DNA of 64,000 bases, taken from NCBI GenBank assembly GCA_946965045.2, contig OX337238.1, forward strand, positions 2,418,001 to 2,482,000, in the 5' to 3' direction. How positions within the stretch are numbered: the stretch's first letter is position 1; each line of letters begins with the position of its first letter. The translations under genes were made by a program, and so were the position numbers. This stretch comes from Epithemia pelagica. Its lineage: Eukaryota; Protista; Bacillariophyta. Of the stretch, positions 1-11,482 are shown piece after piece. A model generated the notes under the pieces. The model searched no databases, was not told the origin of the DNA, and saw only the letters and a list, made by a program, of their open reading frames with translations.

Positions 1-2127
1 GAACTGGAATTTTGTTTTCGCCATACTGATGTCAAGCATTTCAAGGCACAAAGAGAGCTAGGGTCTCTTCCCACAAGAAAAACGTCTTTCCCAGACATTC
101 CGATAAAGCCAGAAGACGGAACTTGGTCCATTCTGCTTCCCATTTGCTCTCGAACCAAACAAGGGCCACGTCATGCCATCGCTCAAGACCGAAACGATGT
201 AAACATGAACTTTGATGCCAACCGCTTTCATGAACTTGCCATTTCAAGCCAGTACAAGGATTGCACTGGCTCAGAGGACAAAACTTTGTCTGAGGAATGC
301 TGGCGCCGTTTGAAGGCATTTGCTGATTCCTTACGGAAGACTTGCGCAACTGCTGAGCTCGAGAAAACCGAGTGCGTCGTTGGCATCGACGTTGATGATC
401 CAGTGTTTCGCGGACAGGAGGAACACATTCGTGCCTTATTACCTTGCAAAGTGCAATTTGTTGAAGTTACCAGGAAGATGTACGGGAGAGTTTGTCGTAT
501 ATGGAACCATTTGGGTTCACGGGCTAAGAATGATTATGTTGTACACCTCGGAGACGATGTTGTCTTGATGGATGAGGAATGGCAGCGGCAGGTCATTGTT
601 AAGTTTCATGAAATTTCCCAGTGCTCTGGACTCCCTTTCGGCGCAGCTTGTGTCGCCCTGACGGACGAGAGCTTCCCTGGATTTCCAACCTTTCCAGTAG
701 TGCATCGATGGCACATCAACAAGTTTGGCACTGTACTTCCTCGGCAGTTTGTGAACCAAGGAGGGGACCCTTACTTGTACGAGTTGTACAGTCGATTCAA
801 CGCCTCGTCGTTCGTTCCTCGCTGTCGCCTAACAAATACCATTGGCGGCGACGGTACGGCCCGATACATGAAGCACGATATCAATTGGAAAGGACAAATC
901 CTTCGACTCAATCTGATGCACCTCAGTGAGTTCCTGGGTAACACATCACAGAATGGTATCTGTCTCGATGTTGTGGTCCCGAGCTATAGAACCAATAACA
1001 AAACAATTCTGAAGAAGATTGTTTCTCTTGGATGCTCAGTTCCAGCTTACGTGCGGTTTTGGCTGGTTGTCGATAACCCTGATGAAGGTCATCGAAAGGA
1101 CGTGTTGGATCTGGCAGCGGAGACCAACGAGGAACGATTCTCTCGCGAGGGGAACTACTTCGTTTCAGCACTTCATTACAGCGAGAATCGTGGTGCTAGT
1201 TTCGCCAGAAACTTTGGCTTCAACTTCTCTACGGCTGATTGGGTGTTGTTCATTGATGACGATGTGACGCCAAGCGATCATATCTTGGATGCCTACATTG
1301 GAGCGATTCGACGGTACCCCAAAGCATGTGTCTTTGTGGGCAACACGCAACCACCAGTCGCTACAAATACTTGGACCAAAATGCTACGGACGTGCAACAT
1401 CATGTTTTTCTACGGCATTGCAAACCATCTCCCATTCCCTCCTTGGGGCGTTACGGCAAACCTAATGGTTCGTGGCTCTCGACATAACAATACCATCCAG
1501 TTCAAGAGTTTGTATCCCAAGACAGGGGGTGGCGAAGATATTTACCTTTGCTTCCAGTTCAAGGAATGGTACAACTCATCGTCTGTGAAAGACCGTGTCA
1601 TTGTCGGTGTACCAGGAGCGGAGGCCTACCATCCTTGGTGGAACGATAGCAAAGTTTGCTACCGGCAGATCAATGGCTGGGCTTGGGGTGATTCTCTCTG
1701 CATATCACAGTGGCCGAAAAAATGCTTTTGGTCCTTTCCAAACTGGATCGAATTTATTGTCCTTGTCGTACCTGTCACCTCATGCATTTTGCCGGGGCTC
1801 TCTCTGTACCGTTCGCTGATGGCTGCTCTCCTGATTTGTGCCACGGAACACATTTGGCTCATGATCAAGTACTATCCATCCGCATGTCGTCACGTCCAAA
1901 GCCGGAACGTGCTATACCGATTGTTGGTAGCGTTTGGAGCTGGAACGGTCTTGTCGTTCCAGGAACTCACCAGAGTTGTCGCTCATCTCTCTCGTGGTCA
2001 TTTCCAGTGCCTCGGTCGTCGCGTGGACTGGAATGATGGTGAGGATCCAATGGTGAAGCTTGATACACAACTGTCCAGCGTTCTCCGATTCCTTGTGTTT
2101 GGTACTATTCTATTCTTGTTGTCCTGA
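1..2127 (+). CDS. Glycosyltransferase family 2-like membrane protein with two GT-A-like domains (5' partial)
   Basis: The frame of ORF 205..2127 is open back to base 1 (..WSILLPICSRT..), so the start lies upstream of the window. Motifs: VVHLGDDV, CLDVVVPSYR, NRGASFARNFG, DWVLFIDDDV, TGGGED. The C-terminus has hydrophobic TM-like segments. Confidence 0.8.
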   Translation, partial: ELEFCFRHTDVKHFKAQRELGSLPTRKTSFPDIPIKPEDGTWSILLPICSRTKQGPRHAIAQDRNDVNMNFDANRFHELAISSQYKDCTGSEDKTLSEECWRRLKAFADSLRKTCATAELEKTECVVGIDVDDPVFRGQEEHIRALLPCKVQFVEVTRKMYGRVCRIWNHLGSRAKNDYVVHLGDDVVLMDEEWQRQVIVKFHEISQCSGLPFGAACVALTDESFPGFPTFPVVHRWHINKFGTVLPRQFVNQGGDPYLYELYSRFNASSFVPRCRLTNTIGGDGTARYMKHDINWKGQILRLNLMHLSEFLGNTSQNGICLDVVVPSYRTNNKTILKKIVSLGCSVPAYVRFWLVVDNPDEGHRKDVLDLAAETNEERFSREGNYFVSALHYSENRGASFARNFGFNFSTADWVLFIDDDVTPSDHILDAYIGAIRRYPKACVFVGNTQPPVATNTWTKMLRTCNIMFFYGIANHLPFPPWGVTANLMVRGSRHNNTIQFKSLYPKTGGGEDIYLCFQFKEWYNSSSVKDRVIVGVPGAEAYHPWWNDSKVCYRQINGWAWGDSLCISQWPKKCFWSFPNWIEFIVLVVPVTSCILPGLSLYRSLMAALLICATEHIWLMIKYYPSACRHVQSRNVLYRLLVAFGAGTVLSFQELTRVVAHLSRGHFQCLGRRVDWNDGEDPMVKLDTQLSSVLRFLVFGTILFLLS

Positions 2128-2574
2128 ATAATATCTTTCGTCGTGGCAACCAAAGTGTTTGAAGAACGAGCTTGTGTACGAACTTTATAAGAGAGTTATT
2201 TCCCTAGGGAGTATGTGTTATAGCCTTGTCTACTAGAGGGCTACTAGAGCTAGAGGTAGGCGAGAGAGAAATAGCATCAATAGCAAAGGGGTTTAGGTAC
2301 TCCCCAGAGGGGTATTTTTCAATGGAGACCAGTGCCCTCGATCTCTAGAGAGACAATGAGAAGTTCCTTCTCGCTGGGGTTAGTCACGAGATACGCGCGC
2401 GCTCCATCCAGCTTCCGTGTGTTCGATCCAAAACCCGGAGGAGAACCACATGAACTCTCTCGTAACGGAAGCAACTCCACCATGAGTGACTAAAGGAACA
2501 ACAGAGACAAACAAAGTTCCGCTTCCTCTGGTAGTATCTCCTCCTCTGACTCATTAATCTGCGTCGCAAACAAT

Positions 2575-5500
2575 ATGACAACACTATCCGCAGCGTCCGA
2601 CCAACGGCGACTTTTGGGCCATGTCCTTGAGTCGGGCCTTTGTACTGGCATCGTTGTGGATCATCCACAGCATGACAAGCACCACACTACTCTCGAATGG
2701 CATTCCAGAACGACCAGCAGGGATCCTTCGTGGATTCCACCTTCCTTTGAATGGCGCAATCGTTGTGCCGTAGTCTCCATCATCATTGCCCCGAACCAAC
2801 CACAACAACAACCAAAGGAATGCGTTTGGGTCGTTTTGGGAGGCATTGCCAGCAATCAGTTTGCCACGGAATCCGTTCTCATTTCATCTTCTACCAACAA
2901 CAACGATTGGCAGGAAGGACCGTGTCTGGTCGAACGACGAAGTGGACATGCCGCTGTGGTATGCAATACTCATGTCTACGTTCTAGGTGGGAGTCGCAAT
3001 GCCACCACCTGTTTGGATTCGATCGAACGTATTTCGATAGACCATCTCTTGGGTCGAACGACAACAAGAAAGAAACCGACAAACGGGTCGAAAGACGACC
3101 GGAAAGAACCCGACATTGTCGTTCCTCCGAGGAAGCAAGGCTCTTGGTCTTCTTCTTCTTCTTCGTCGTCGTCTTCGTCTTCTTCTTCCTCCTCTTCTTC
3201 ATTTTGATCTTCTCCCTCCTCTGGTGCCGGTTCTTTTTCGTGGACGACCATGAACTGTCGCTTGTCCACGGCACGACAAGGATGTGCTGCTACGGCCGTT
3301 CACAATCGGTATATTGTCATTGTGGGAGGAATCACCAATGCTTATTCATGCTTGTCGTTGGTAGAAATTTTGGATACCAACACTCACGTGATTGGATTGG
3401 GACCCCGTCTCTTTCATCCTCGGGCCTTTGCGGCCGTGGCCGTCGTACCAGCGGCCTCCCATCACGCTCCGTGTTTCTCACTCCAAGACGACTTACAAGA
3501 CGAGAACGACAACGACGACGACACCAATAAGAATAGCAGCCTCCAAACAACTGTACCAAGATCGACCGAACTAGTCCATGTCGTTGTGGTAGGAGGATAT
3601 GATGAATCGAATCGAGAATGGAAGAGTGTCGAAGTTTGGGAATGTCAGTCCGAGGAGCAATTGCTCACATTTGGGACTCGGGATTGTGAGGCGAGATGGA
3701 TCGTGGAACCCCGTTTGACGTTGGAGGAGGGTCGATCGCATCATGGTATGGTCGTGGTGGGACAGTGTTTGATTGTCGCCGGTGGTATGGGATCCACGTA
3801 TAACCCCTACTACAGCAGCAGCAGCAATCGTAGAGCGAGGAGGAGTACGGCCTTGTCCACTGTTCAAGTTTTGGATTGGAATCGCAAAATGGTATGGAAC
3901 TTGCCCGATCTGCCAGTGGCTCGCAATGCCGGCGTCCTCCTATCGGTTCCACCACCTTCTGCCATATCGTCGTCGTCGTCGTCCGACGAACAGAATGGTG
4001 GTGGTCTTGTGCTGCTGGGTGGATGTGACGTGGCTCAAGTTCATGCTCTCTCCCTCTTTTGTCCTCGCGAAATGGCCCAGGTAGGTTTGTCCTCTTCCTC
4101 CAGATTGAGACGAAACCAGAAGCATTCATTCGCTCATGGAGTTGTTGTTTGTCTTTGTGTGTGCGTGTCTTGGTTCGATTCGATTCGTTCTTCCTTGGTT
4201 GGGAAATCGATAGACCATGTTTTCCAGTCGGGTGGAATTAGAAACTGAAATTGAGCACTTGGAACGGATCCTGAAACGGGCCAATCTAGAACGTCGTTCC
4301 ATCCAAGTGTTGCAAGCGGGACAAATTGCTCAAGCCATCCTTCCCATTCTCACGTCCCTTCGTCAGGACGAACAATTTTCCAGCATTCAGGACATTCAAA
4401 AAGAGATTGTTCGACTGACGGTTCAACTGGAACACAACAACAGCACCCTGAGTGTCGAGGATCGAATGGAGCTTGTAAGCAAGTTAGAGGAAGGAAACGA
4501 GGCACTGGCGAGAAAGGGAGGAACGCCTCAATACACAATGATCAGGCAGCAGAATAACCAAGAATCAAGTGAGGATCAAGTCGAAGGAAGAGCAACAACA
4601 CAAACGACTTTACCACCTACCATCGATGAATTTTACAAAACTTTGATTGAGCGAATCAACAACAAGAGCAACGAGACGGAAGAAAAGGACGCCTTGGATT
4701 TTAAACTGTTGGATTTGGCATTCCTCGTTTCCAGTGTGCACCAAATGAAGATTTACTATACCTTGATCCAGATGCTCTATCGTCGCCGTCACATCCGCAT
4801 GCATGATTGGCAACGGTACACACGAAAGGCATTGCGGCGAACTGCCACAGTCCTGAGTTTACAGGCCCATGACAATGCAACGGATGGGAAAGAGTCCAGC
4901 AGTTGCCCGGATATGCTTCATCTCCTATGGAACGTGATTCTCGACAAGTGTCGTCGAGATGGTGCCATTGGACCCACGTGGGGAAGTGGGCTACTCGATA
5001 ACGAGACTTTGATGCACGTCAAACCAGAGCCATTGAATACCAAATCACGGAACGACAAGTCCATGATTGGTGATTGTACTTTTACTTGCAGTGAAGTGGA
5101 CATTCGCAAAGAAGTTTCACATCTGGAATTCCGCTTGGGCCAAATACTCTACCATGAGGAACAAAGTGAACATCAATCTCGAGGACCAAACGCAGGAGAA
5201 GGAGGTCTCGATTCAATGGCCGTGAATGACCAGAAGCATCTCAACAATGTGTTATTGAAATGCTCGAAACGGTTGGGCTGGTCTCTCAATCAATTGTACT
5301 CGGTATCTACACAAGACAACGACGACGGTGACAACCACGATTGTGACCACGATGTGACCACTTGGGCAATGTGCTGCGTATTGAATGCCTTGGCATTTGG
5401 TACGGAGATGACGGGACCCATAAAGGCTCATTCCTTCCTTTTTAACATTGTGGATTTTGGCGATATGGACCATATTGCGGAAGTTGTCAACCAAAGTGAC

Positions 5501-6220
5501 CAACCCCAGCTCAAGTTGGCGTATGAGGCGGGAAGCGAGATTGTTGATCGAGTTGCGACGGCAGCAGTGATCAATGGGAATTCCATGAACACGAAAGCTT
5601 CTTCTAAAACACAAAACGTGGCACTCATCATGGGGCAACTGACAAATGCTGCTACCAGGTTGGCCAATACAAACGATACCTTTGGCGACCGACAGAATGA
5701 AAGCACTATCCATGCATCAAATCATGAAGCAATTCAAACTCTTGCTCTCATTGTGACCGTCAAAGTCATTGGGCTTGCCAACGAGTCCACCACTTCTCGG
5801 TCTCCCCCTAGTGCAACAGAGAGCGACGACTTTGTATCCACAGAGCCTGCGAATGGAACGAGGGCCATGAAAAGTTCCATAAATCATCATGGTTCGCCAA
5901 GGTCTCTTGATGCAGCACAGCAAAACTGTTTGAGTTGTTCACAGCTCTATGCGACTGAAGACATGTGTACCCAAAGTGGCGGTGAGCTGAAATCTCTAGA
6001 CACCCAGACAATCCCGTCACGCTTACATCGTCTCGAGGCCACTGTGGGAGTAATGTATCGACTTGAATCATTGGAACGATACTATGGATTGTGTACGAAT
6101 GACAATCCAGAAAGAAGTAGAAACAATGGTGAACGCTCGTCTCCTTTGGTCAATCGCATCGAGAATCTGGAACAACTACTGCACTATCCTTCCCAGATTG
6201 CACATGACACGGACACATGA
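2575..6220 (+). pseudogene. Kelch-repeat / coiled-coil / novel helical-domain family copy 1 (long form, divergent), with in-frame TGA
   Basis: ORFs 2575..3207 and 3250..4248 share a frame and are split by one TGA (3205-3207) in a poly-Ser tract. Kelch motifs: RRSGHAAVVCNTHVYVLGG, RYIVIVGG, RSHHGMVVVGQCLIVAGG. Predicted phase-0 intron 4081-4213 (CAG|GTAGGT..TAG|ACC ATG); exon 2 is 4214-6220. Confidence 0.7.
3148..3201 (+). repeat. (TCT/TCG/TCC)n microsatellite encoding poly-Ser inside Kelch copy 1
   Basis: Direct reading: tcttcttcttcttcttcgtcgtcgtcttcgtcttcttcttcctcctcttcttca. Confidence 0.9.
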
Positions 6221-6301
6221 GGCAAAGAGATTTGTTTTGTTGGTTGCTCTAGTTAATAAACACAGCAGCAGGCTCTTTGCCTTTACATTTACAACCATGT
6301 C

Positions 6302-8292
6302 TTATGAAATGGAAAGGACAGTGTCATGGCTCAGTTTCGGGCACAGAGATGGCGGAAGCGGTACATCCGACCTCGCACTCGTTCGCGTTTCATAAACCTC
6401 TCGTTCATCGTGGCCATCATTCTTTTGGTTCCGTTTGTTGCTGAAGCGTTGGGTTTCAATATCATGTTCATTGTCGTTATATTCGGGGCAACATAATTGG
6501 TCGTTCACCTCAGTGGTGATACGTCGACGCCGGTAAACAACGAGAAAGACCAAAATCATGATAGCGACAAGACCAATCAAGCCAAAGACAACTCCGCCCG
6601 AAACCCGCAGGTCATTGTCCGTCGTCGTCGCTGAAGTTCCAGAGCTGTTCAGGTTGCTACTGTCATTGAGTGTGCCCGGAATCGAGGGCTGAGATGGTTG
6701 TTTCGATCCATACTCTGGTCGTTCTGTTGCTAAAGGATTTTCTAAGACCGGTTCTGTGGTGGTCGTAGTCTTTGGAGACTCGGTAGGCGTGGCGGTGGTG
6801 GTGACTTGTGGGAGAACGGGTTCTCGTGCTCCTGGTGGACACAGCGCACAGGTGTCCTGGACGGATTCTCCATAAATCGTAAGATACAAGTGTGGATTGG
6901 CCGCCACTTGATAGGATGGGGCATAGGTGGTGGGATCATCGCAAGCTTTTGAGCCGATACCGCACAATGATAAACCATGCTGTTGCTGCTTGTTAAACTT
7001 TGGTGGCGAATGCCACAGGCGCCGAGAGAAACATCCTCGCACCAACACGGACGATCGGTGTCGCCATCTTCCCCCTTTTTGTTGGTGGAGGAGGACGTTG
7101 TGGGCAATTTATTGGGAGCACTGGGTGGCTGCCACACTTCTGTTTTCGGGTCACACTCGGATTGACCCCAAACACAACGATGACGAGGAGAACCACTGGC
7201 GGTCGAGGAGGTGCAAGAACCATAGGTAGTGGGCATGCCTGTTGTGGTATCGGCGAGAATGGTGCAGTGATCTACGAGAGTGTCGGAGTGCTGATAGTCT
7301 GTGGGGCAGGAATTGACGTCGTGGGAAGGGGAGGTGCAAAACGACGACAGAGTGCTGTCCTCGTCATTTTGCGTGGAACGGCATTCTCCGACGCGACCCT
7401 GAGTGGTCAAGACGCACTGGTGTTCCGGAACAGCGTGCCAGGCACTGACGAATTCTGGTTGCCAGTCCTGATCGCCACCACTATTGGACGACTGCTGGTG
7501 CACACAATCTTGAGCTTCCAACGCACAGCCCAAAAATTGTCGAGTGACAGAATCGACACAACTTCCCATGACCACTTGGGTATTGGGACAGAGTCGACAC
7601 GAAAGACCCATCATTGAGGCGACAAAGGCACTGCCAGACAGATCCTTGGATGATGTTGACAAGTCGTAGGACGAGACAAAGACATGTGTTGTGGGTGGAC
7701 AATCCGCTGCCGATACGGCGCAAAAACCAGACAACATTCCAGATTGAATGCTACGGCAATATCCGGTTGTGACCTGGTGACACGCACATTGAGCATCCAC
7801 TGGCGATACTACTTGCTCTTTCTCGGATTGGCATTCGGACGCCGATACGACACAACGGTCGTTCGAAGAATCCGTCTCAAGGCTACGACATGCCGGATAC
7901 ATGGTAAGTCCAGCATTTCCCTTACCATGGGGTCCAGTCGTCAAGAGGTTACACGAGGTAGTGGGGCTCTGGGTCTGGACAGTGTCCGACAGTGGCATGG
8001 TATCGAGACGAAAGAATGCTGGTATCGAACAGGATTCGGGAGTGGCGGCGCACATTGCTCGACCTTGGCTGTGATCTTTGCTCTCACCAGTGTTACAGTG
8101 TCCAATGGTGACTTGTCGAGCATGGTGACAGGATTCGCTGGTCTTTGCATGCTGGTCGAGTTGATCGGGTCGAAGATAGCCTTCGTGGAGGATGGAATGA
8201 CAGGAATGGGGCGACAAGGCACACCGCAAAACCTGGTGGTCACTGCTCTTGTGATTGTCAACACAGGCTCCAAACCGAGGAAAGGAAAGCAT
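6302..8292 (-). CDS. Cys-rich repeat type-I membrane protein (ectodomain, Pro/Thr stalk, TM helix, cytosolic tail); 1-nt frameshift near 6947-6950; true 5' end uncertain
   Basis: ORF 6742..8292 has recurring Cys blocks (CH.VT.G.C, C..SA.DC). ORF 6302..7048 continues it (KACDDPTT..TCALCP, a PT-rich stalk, then GGVVFGLIGLVAIMILVFLVVY-RRRR). One extra A in CAAAAGC joins the two frames. Confidence 0.65.
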
Positions 8293-8801
8293 GATGTTTT
8301 GATTGTGACGACTGAGACTTGGACAATGCCACCTGGACGCTCCTCCTGCAATTCAATGTTTCCTAAAAAGTGACCACGGATATGTATGGCGTTGGATATG
8401 ATGATGCACCAGAGCAGGATCCAAGACGAAGGCCTGAGTTCCAATTCGATAGTGACAAAAGTGAGTGCAACATTGTGAAAGCTGAGGGTTCTTTTTTCTT
8501 TTGTCGCATGACGAAAAAATGTGAGCGAACCCCGATTCCAATATGTGGGAATGAAGATTCTCCAGAGATTCCCATTTTATGCGACCAAGACGCTAATCAT
8601 GCTCCGTCCGTCCATCTGTTTCACTGTAAAATCTGCGAGAGGTCTGTCCTTCTTTCATGCGACCAAATGGATCTATTTCACCGGAAATTCTGAAATCTTT
8701 ACGAATCCAAGAACTGCCCCATAATTCCTGGTTGTTGCTGCACAACACAACAACAGTTGTCGACACAACCAAAGAGTTGAGAATAAAACTCTCGCAATAG
8801 G

Positions 8802-9639
8802 ATGCCAATTCAAGAGCAGGTGAGTTTGTCTGGGTTGGCCTTTTCCGATGCGGACCAATCGTCACGTCAATGGAAGTATGTCGACTGGCAACCTCTTCTC
8901 GGTGATTGGCGCTGGAACCATGCGTCGGTTGTCTTGGATGACCCTTATGGCAGAGAAAACCAGCAGATCGTTGTGAGAACGGAAATATTTGGATTTCGAT
9001 TAGATACCAGGGAACGGATCCGTGTTTCGGATCTGTTGCAAAGCTACGATGAGAACCCTTGGACGACAGTGCAATGCCGATTGTCCCTGGGACAAACTGG
9101 ATATAGTTCTCGGTGGATACAGATCGGAAAGTCACGGGTATCTGTTATCTATGAATCCCTTTTCTCACTGCAATGTCGATAAAACATATTTCTTTCGCCA
9201 TCTCACTTTCTGTGATACTTCCTGACTTCTTCCCTCTTCTCTTATCAGAACAACATCGCAGCCAATACTGCTTTTGAGTCAGAAGACAGAATCAACAGAC
9301 TGGAAGATATGATTGTTGCACTCAATCAGACCATATCTCAATTGACCGCTCGTTTGGAGAACGTTGAACGTGATCATGGTCTACGACCAGCAGAGCCCGA
9401 GCAGCGATTTGCACAGGTAAGTTAATTTGGATATCGGAGTCTCCTTTTTGCTCATGTCTTGCTGAATCGAAGATTCTCACGCATGAGAGTGCCCTGGTTT
9501 TCTCCCGACGTAGGATGTGCCGAATTTTGATGACGAGGAAACGACGATTGCCACACTGGTCGAAGCAAACGACCAGCTGAATGAACTTGTGCGGGATATG
9601 GCGGCGCGCTTGCAACAAGTCGAAAGCGGAAGTCGTTAA
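8802..9639 (+). pseudogene. Internally deleted Kelch-family mini-gene/remnant (copy 2) with short coiled-coil exons
   Basis: The N-terminus MPIQEQVSLSGLAF..QW..DWQPLLGDWRWNHASVV matches the family, then jumps to a later-blade motif (ERIRVSDLL..PWTTVQCRLS). Candidate exons 8802-9137, 9249-9416 (EDRINRLEDMIVAL) and 9514-9639. The GTAAGT donor at 9417 is good; the first donor (GTATCT) is weak. Confidence 0.45.
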
Positions 9640-9800
9640 TCATCTGTTGAATCCAAAAGACATGGATTTGATTTCGGTTGGTATGGTCCACTTCGGCAAG
9701 CATATAATCTTTATCTAAAAGTGAGGTTATCTTCGTATATCTTTGTTCGTCTTTCCCTGTTATATGGATGTTTCTTCAAAATCACCGGTAATCGTAAAAG

Positions 9801-11482
9801 TCATCCAATCTGTTCAAGTTCAGCAATCCTTTCCTTCAGTTCCAGAATCAAGACGTTTTGTTCCTCTACCCTATTATTCAGTTTTAGAGCCCTTCCTTCA
9901 AGATTCGCGATCTCCGTTCCAATGGCCATGACTTCCTGTCTGTTCCAAGAAGCAAAACACTTCTTCTTCTCGTCACGCGACGCCGGGCCTTATATGCGAT
10001 TACTCTGCTCCCGTGTCACAAGCTGCTCCAGCTCAACAATTTGTTGCACGATGGGGGTGCGTTCTGCGATGCATTGAGTTTTTTCCAATTCTGTTTCGAG
10101 CTTGTCAATTTGATCGTGCACATCCTGAACTGAACGATATTTCTCATCGTGACATAAAGATTGCATAATGGGAAGCACTAGTTCCGCTTTTTCACCCTCC
10201 TTCAATACTGCAACGTCGCGGCGCTCATGCTTCGCATTTTCGATCGCCAGTTGGAGACGGTTTATTTCGCTGTCGAGTTCGTGGCGATTGGAATAGACGC
10301 TCTGCAAAGAAAAAAAAACATCGATAAGTTTCACATCAAACAACAGCTATGACTGGACACACTTAACAATGTCTAGATGACACGCGAACACCATTCCAGG
10401 AGGAGACATACCTTGAGAAAATGCTTCATGGAAACCAGTGGAAGTGACTCACACGAGGGAGTTCCACTTGCTCCGAGAAGAACAATCCCATTTGCGGTAG
10501 CAACCAGGCTACAATAAAATCTATTGGCAGATAATACTGGCAGGTTCCACACAGTGTCGCCCTCCGTGTTGAGAACCTCTACAGGCATGCTCCTTCCCAT
10601 TATACCTTCTCCGCCTCCCACAATCAGACAATGTCCCAACCTAGTAACAGAGTGCTTACTCCGAGAAAAGGATAATGCCAGCTTATGTTGCATCTTCCAT
10701 TGAAAGGATGCCTGGAAGACGGATCTGGCACTCCCACTATGATCGCTGGGAGTTTCACTAAATTCAAGATACTCCACCGAATCAAGAACGTCTCTTTCAT
10801 CGAATCCTCCGATCACGTAAACACGTGGACCAATGACCTCCATTCCAAACGATTGTCGAGGTATCTTCATGGACGGGCCGTAAATGACAGCATACGGGCT
10901 TTCGTTGATGGTGTCAATGATCTCAACCGAAGATAGAACACTTCTCTTACAAGAGTCGTACACATAGCCCTTTCCACCAGCAACAACTATGTAACGATTG
11001 TTCACGACGGTTGCTGCGCACCCCTCTCTCTCAGGATCGATGAGTGAATATTTTGCATTCGTCCACTGTTGCCGGCTTGTATTACGAGTCAGATCCATCA
11101 CGTCAATCTTTTCAATGGCAGTTTGCGATTTGCCGCCTGTTTCACCTCCAATAATATAAACGCTACCGTTACAAACAACGCACGTATGGTTCATCCGATT
11201 AAAAGTCAACCTTGGTCCTTCTTTCCATTTCTTCTCGTTTGCTCCAACTGCCAACAAAAGCACCGAATTTGTTTCACGGCGCTCACCTGGTTTGTATCCT
11301 CCAGTAACCACAACCGTTTGCTGGTCCTTGTCATGATCCACAACCACTGACGCATGTCCAAACCGCCACCCATCCAACATTGGTGGCCATTCTGTGGTAC
11401 TCCATTGAGGTACATCATCGTCATTGTCACAGCCTAGAAATGCAAGTCCAGACCGTAAGGCTTGCTCTTGGATCGACGTCAT
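9801..11482 (-). pseudogene. Kelch / coiled-coil family copy 3 (short form) with premature TAA in exon 2
   Basis: Exon 1 is 11482-10412, intron 10411-10302 (AAG|GTATGT..TTTGCAG|), exon 2 starts SVYSNRHELD. TAA at 9992-9990 is followed in frame by GPASRDEKKK..KERIAELEQIG* ending at 9801, which aligns with the tail of copy 5. Confidence 0.75.

Noticed and set aside
2751-3530. 259-aa ORF with an apparent FFFFV transmembrane stretch
   Set aside because: Alternate-frame reading of the TCT microsatellite inside Kelch copy 1.
4145-4190. GGTTCGATTC tRNA T-loop-like motif
   Set aside because: Lies in a GT/ATTCG-repetitive intron with no acceptor, D or anticodon stems. Similar GGTTCGAAT words at 42.6 kb and 24.1 kb are within coding sequence.
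7000-8373. 205-aa and 229-aa plus-strand ORFs
   Set aside because: Antisense to the Cys-rich membrane gene, with no independent protein signature.
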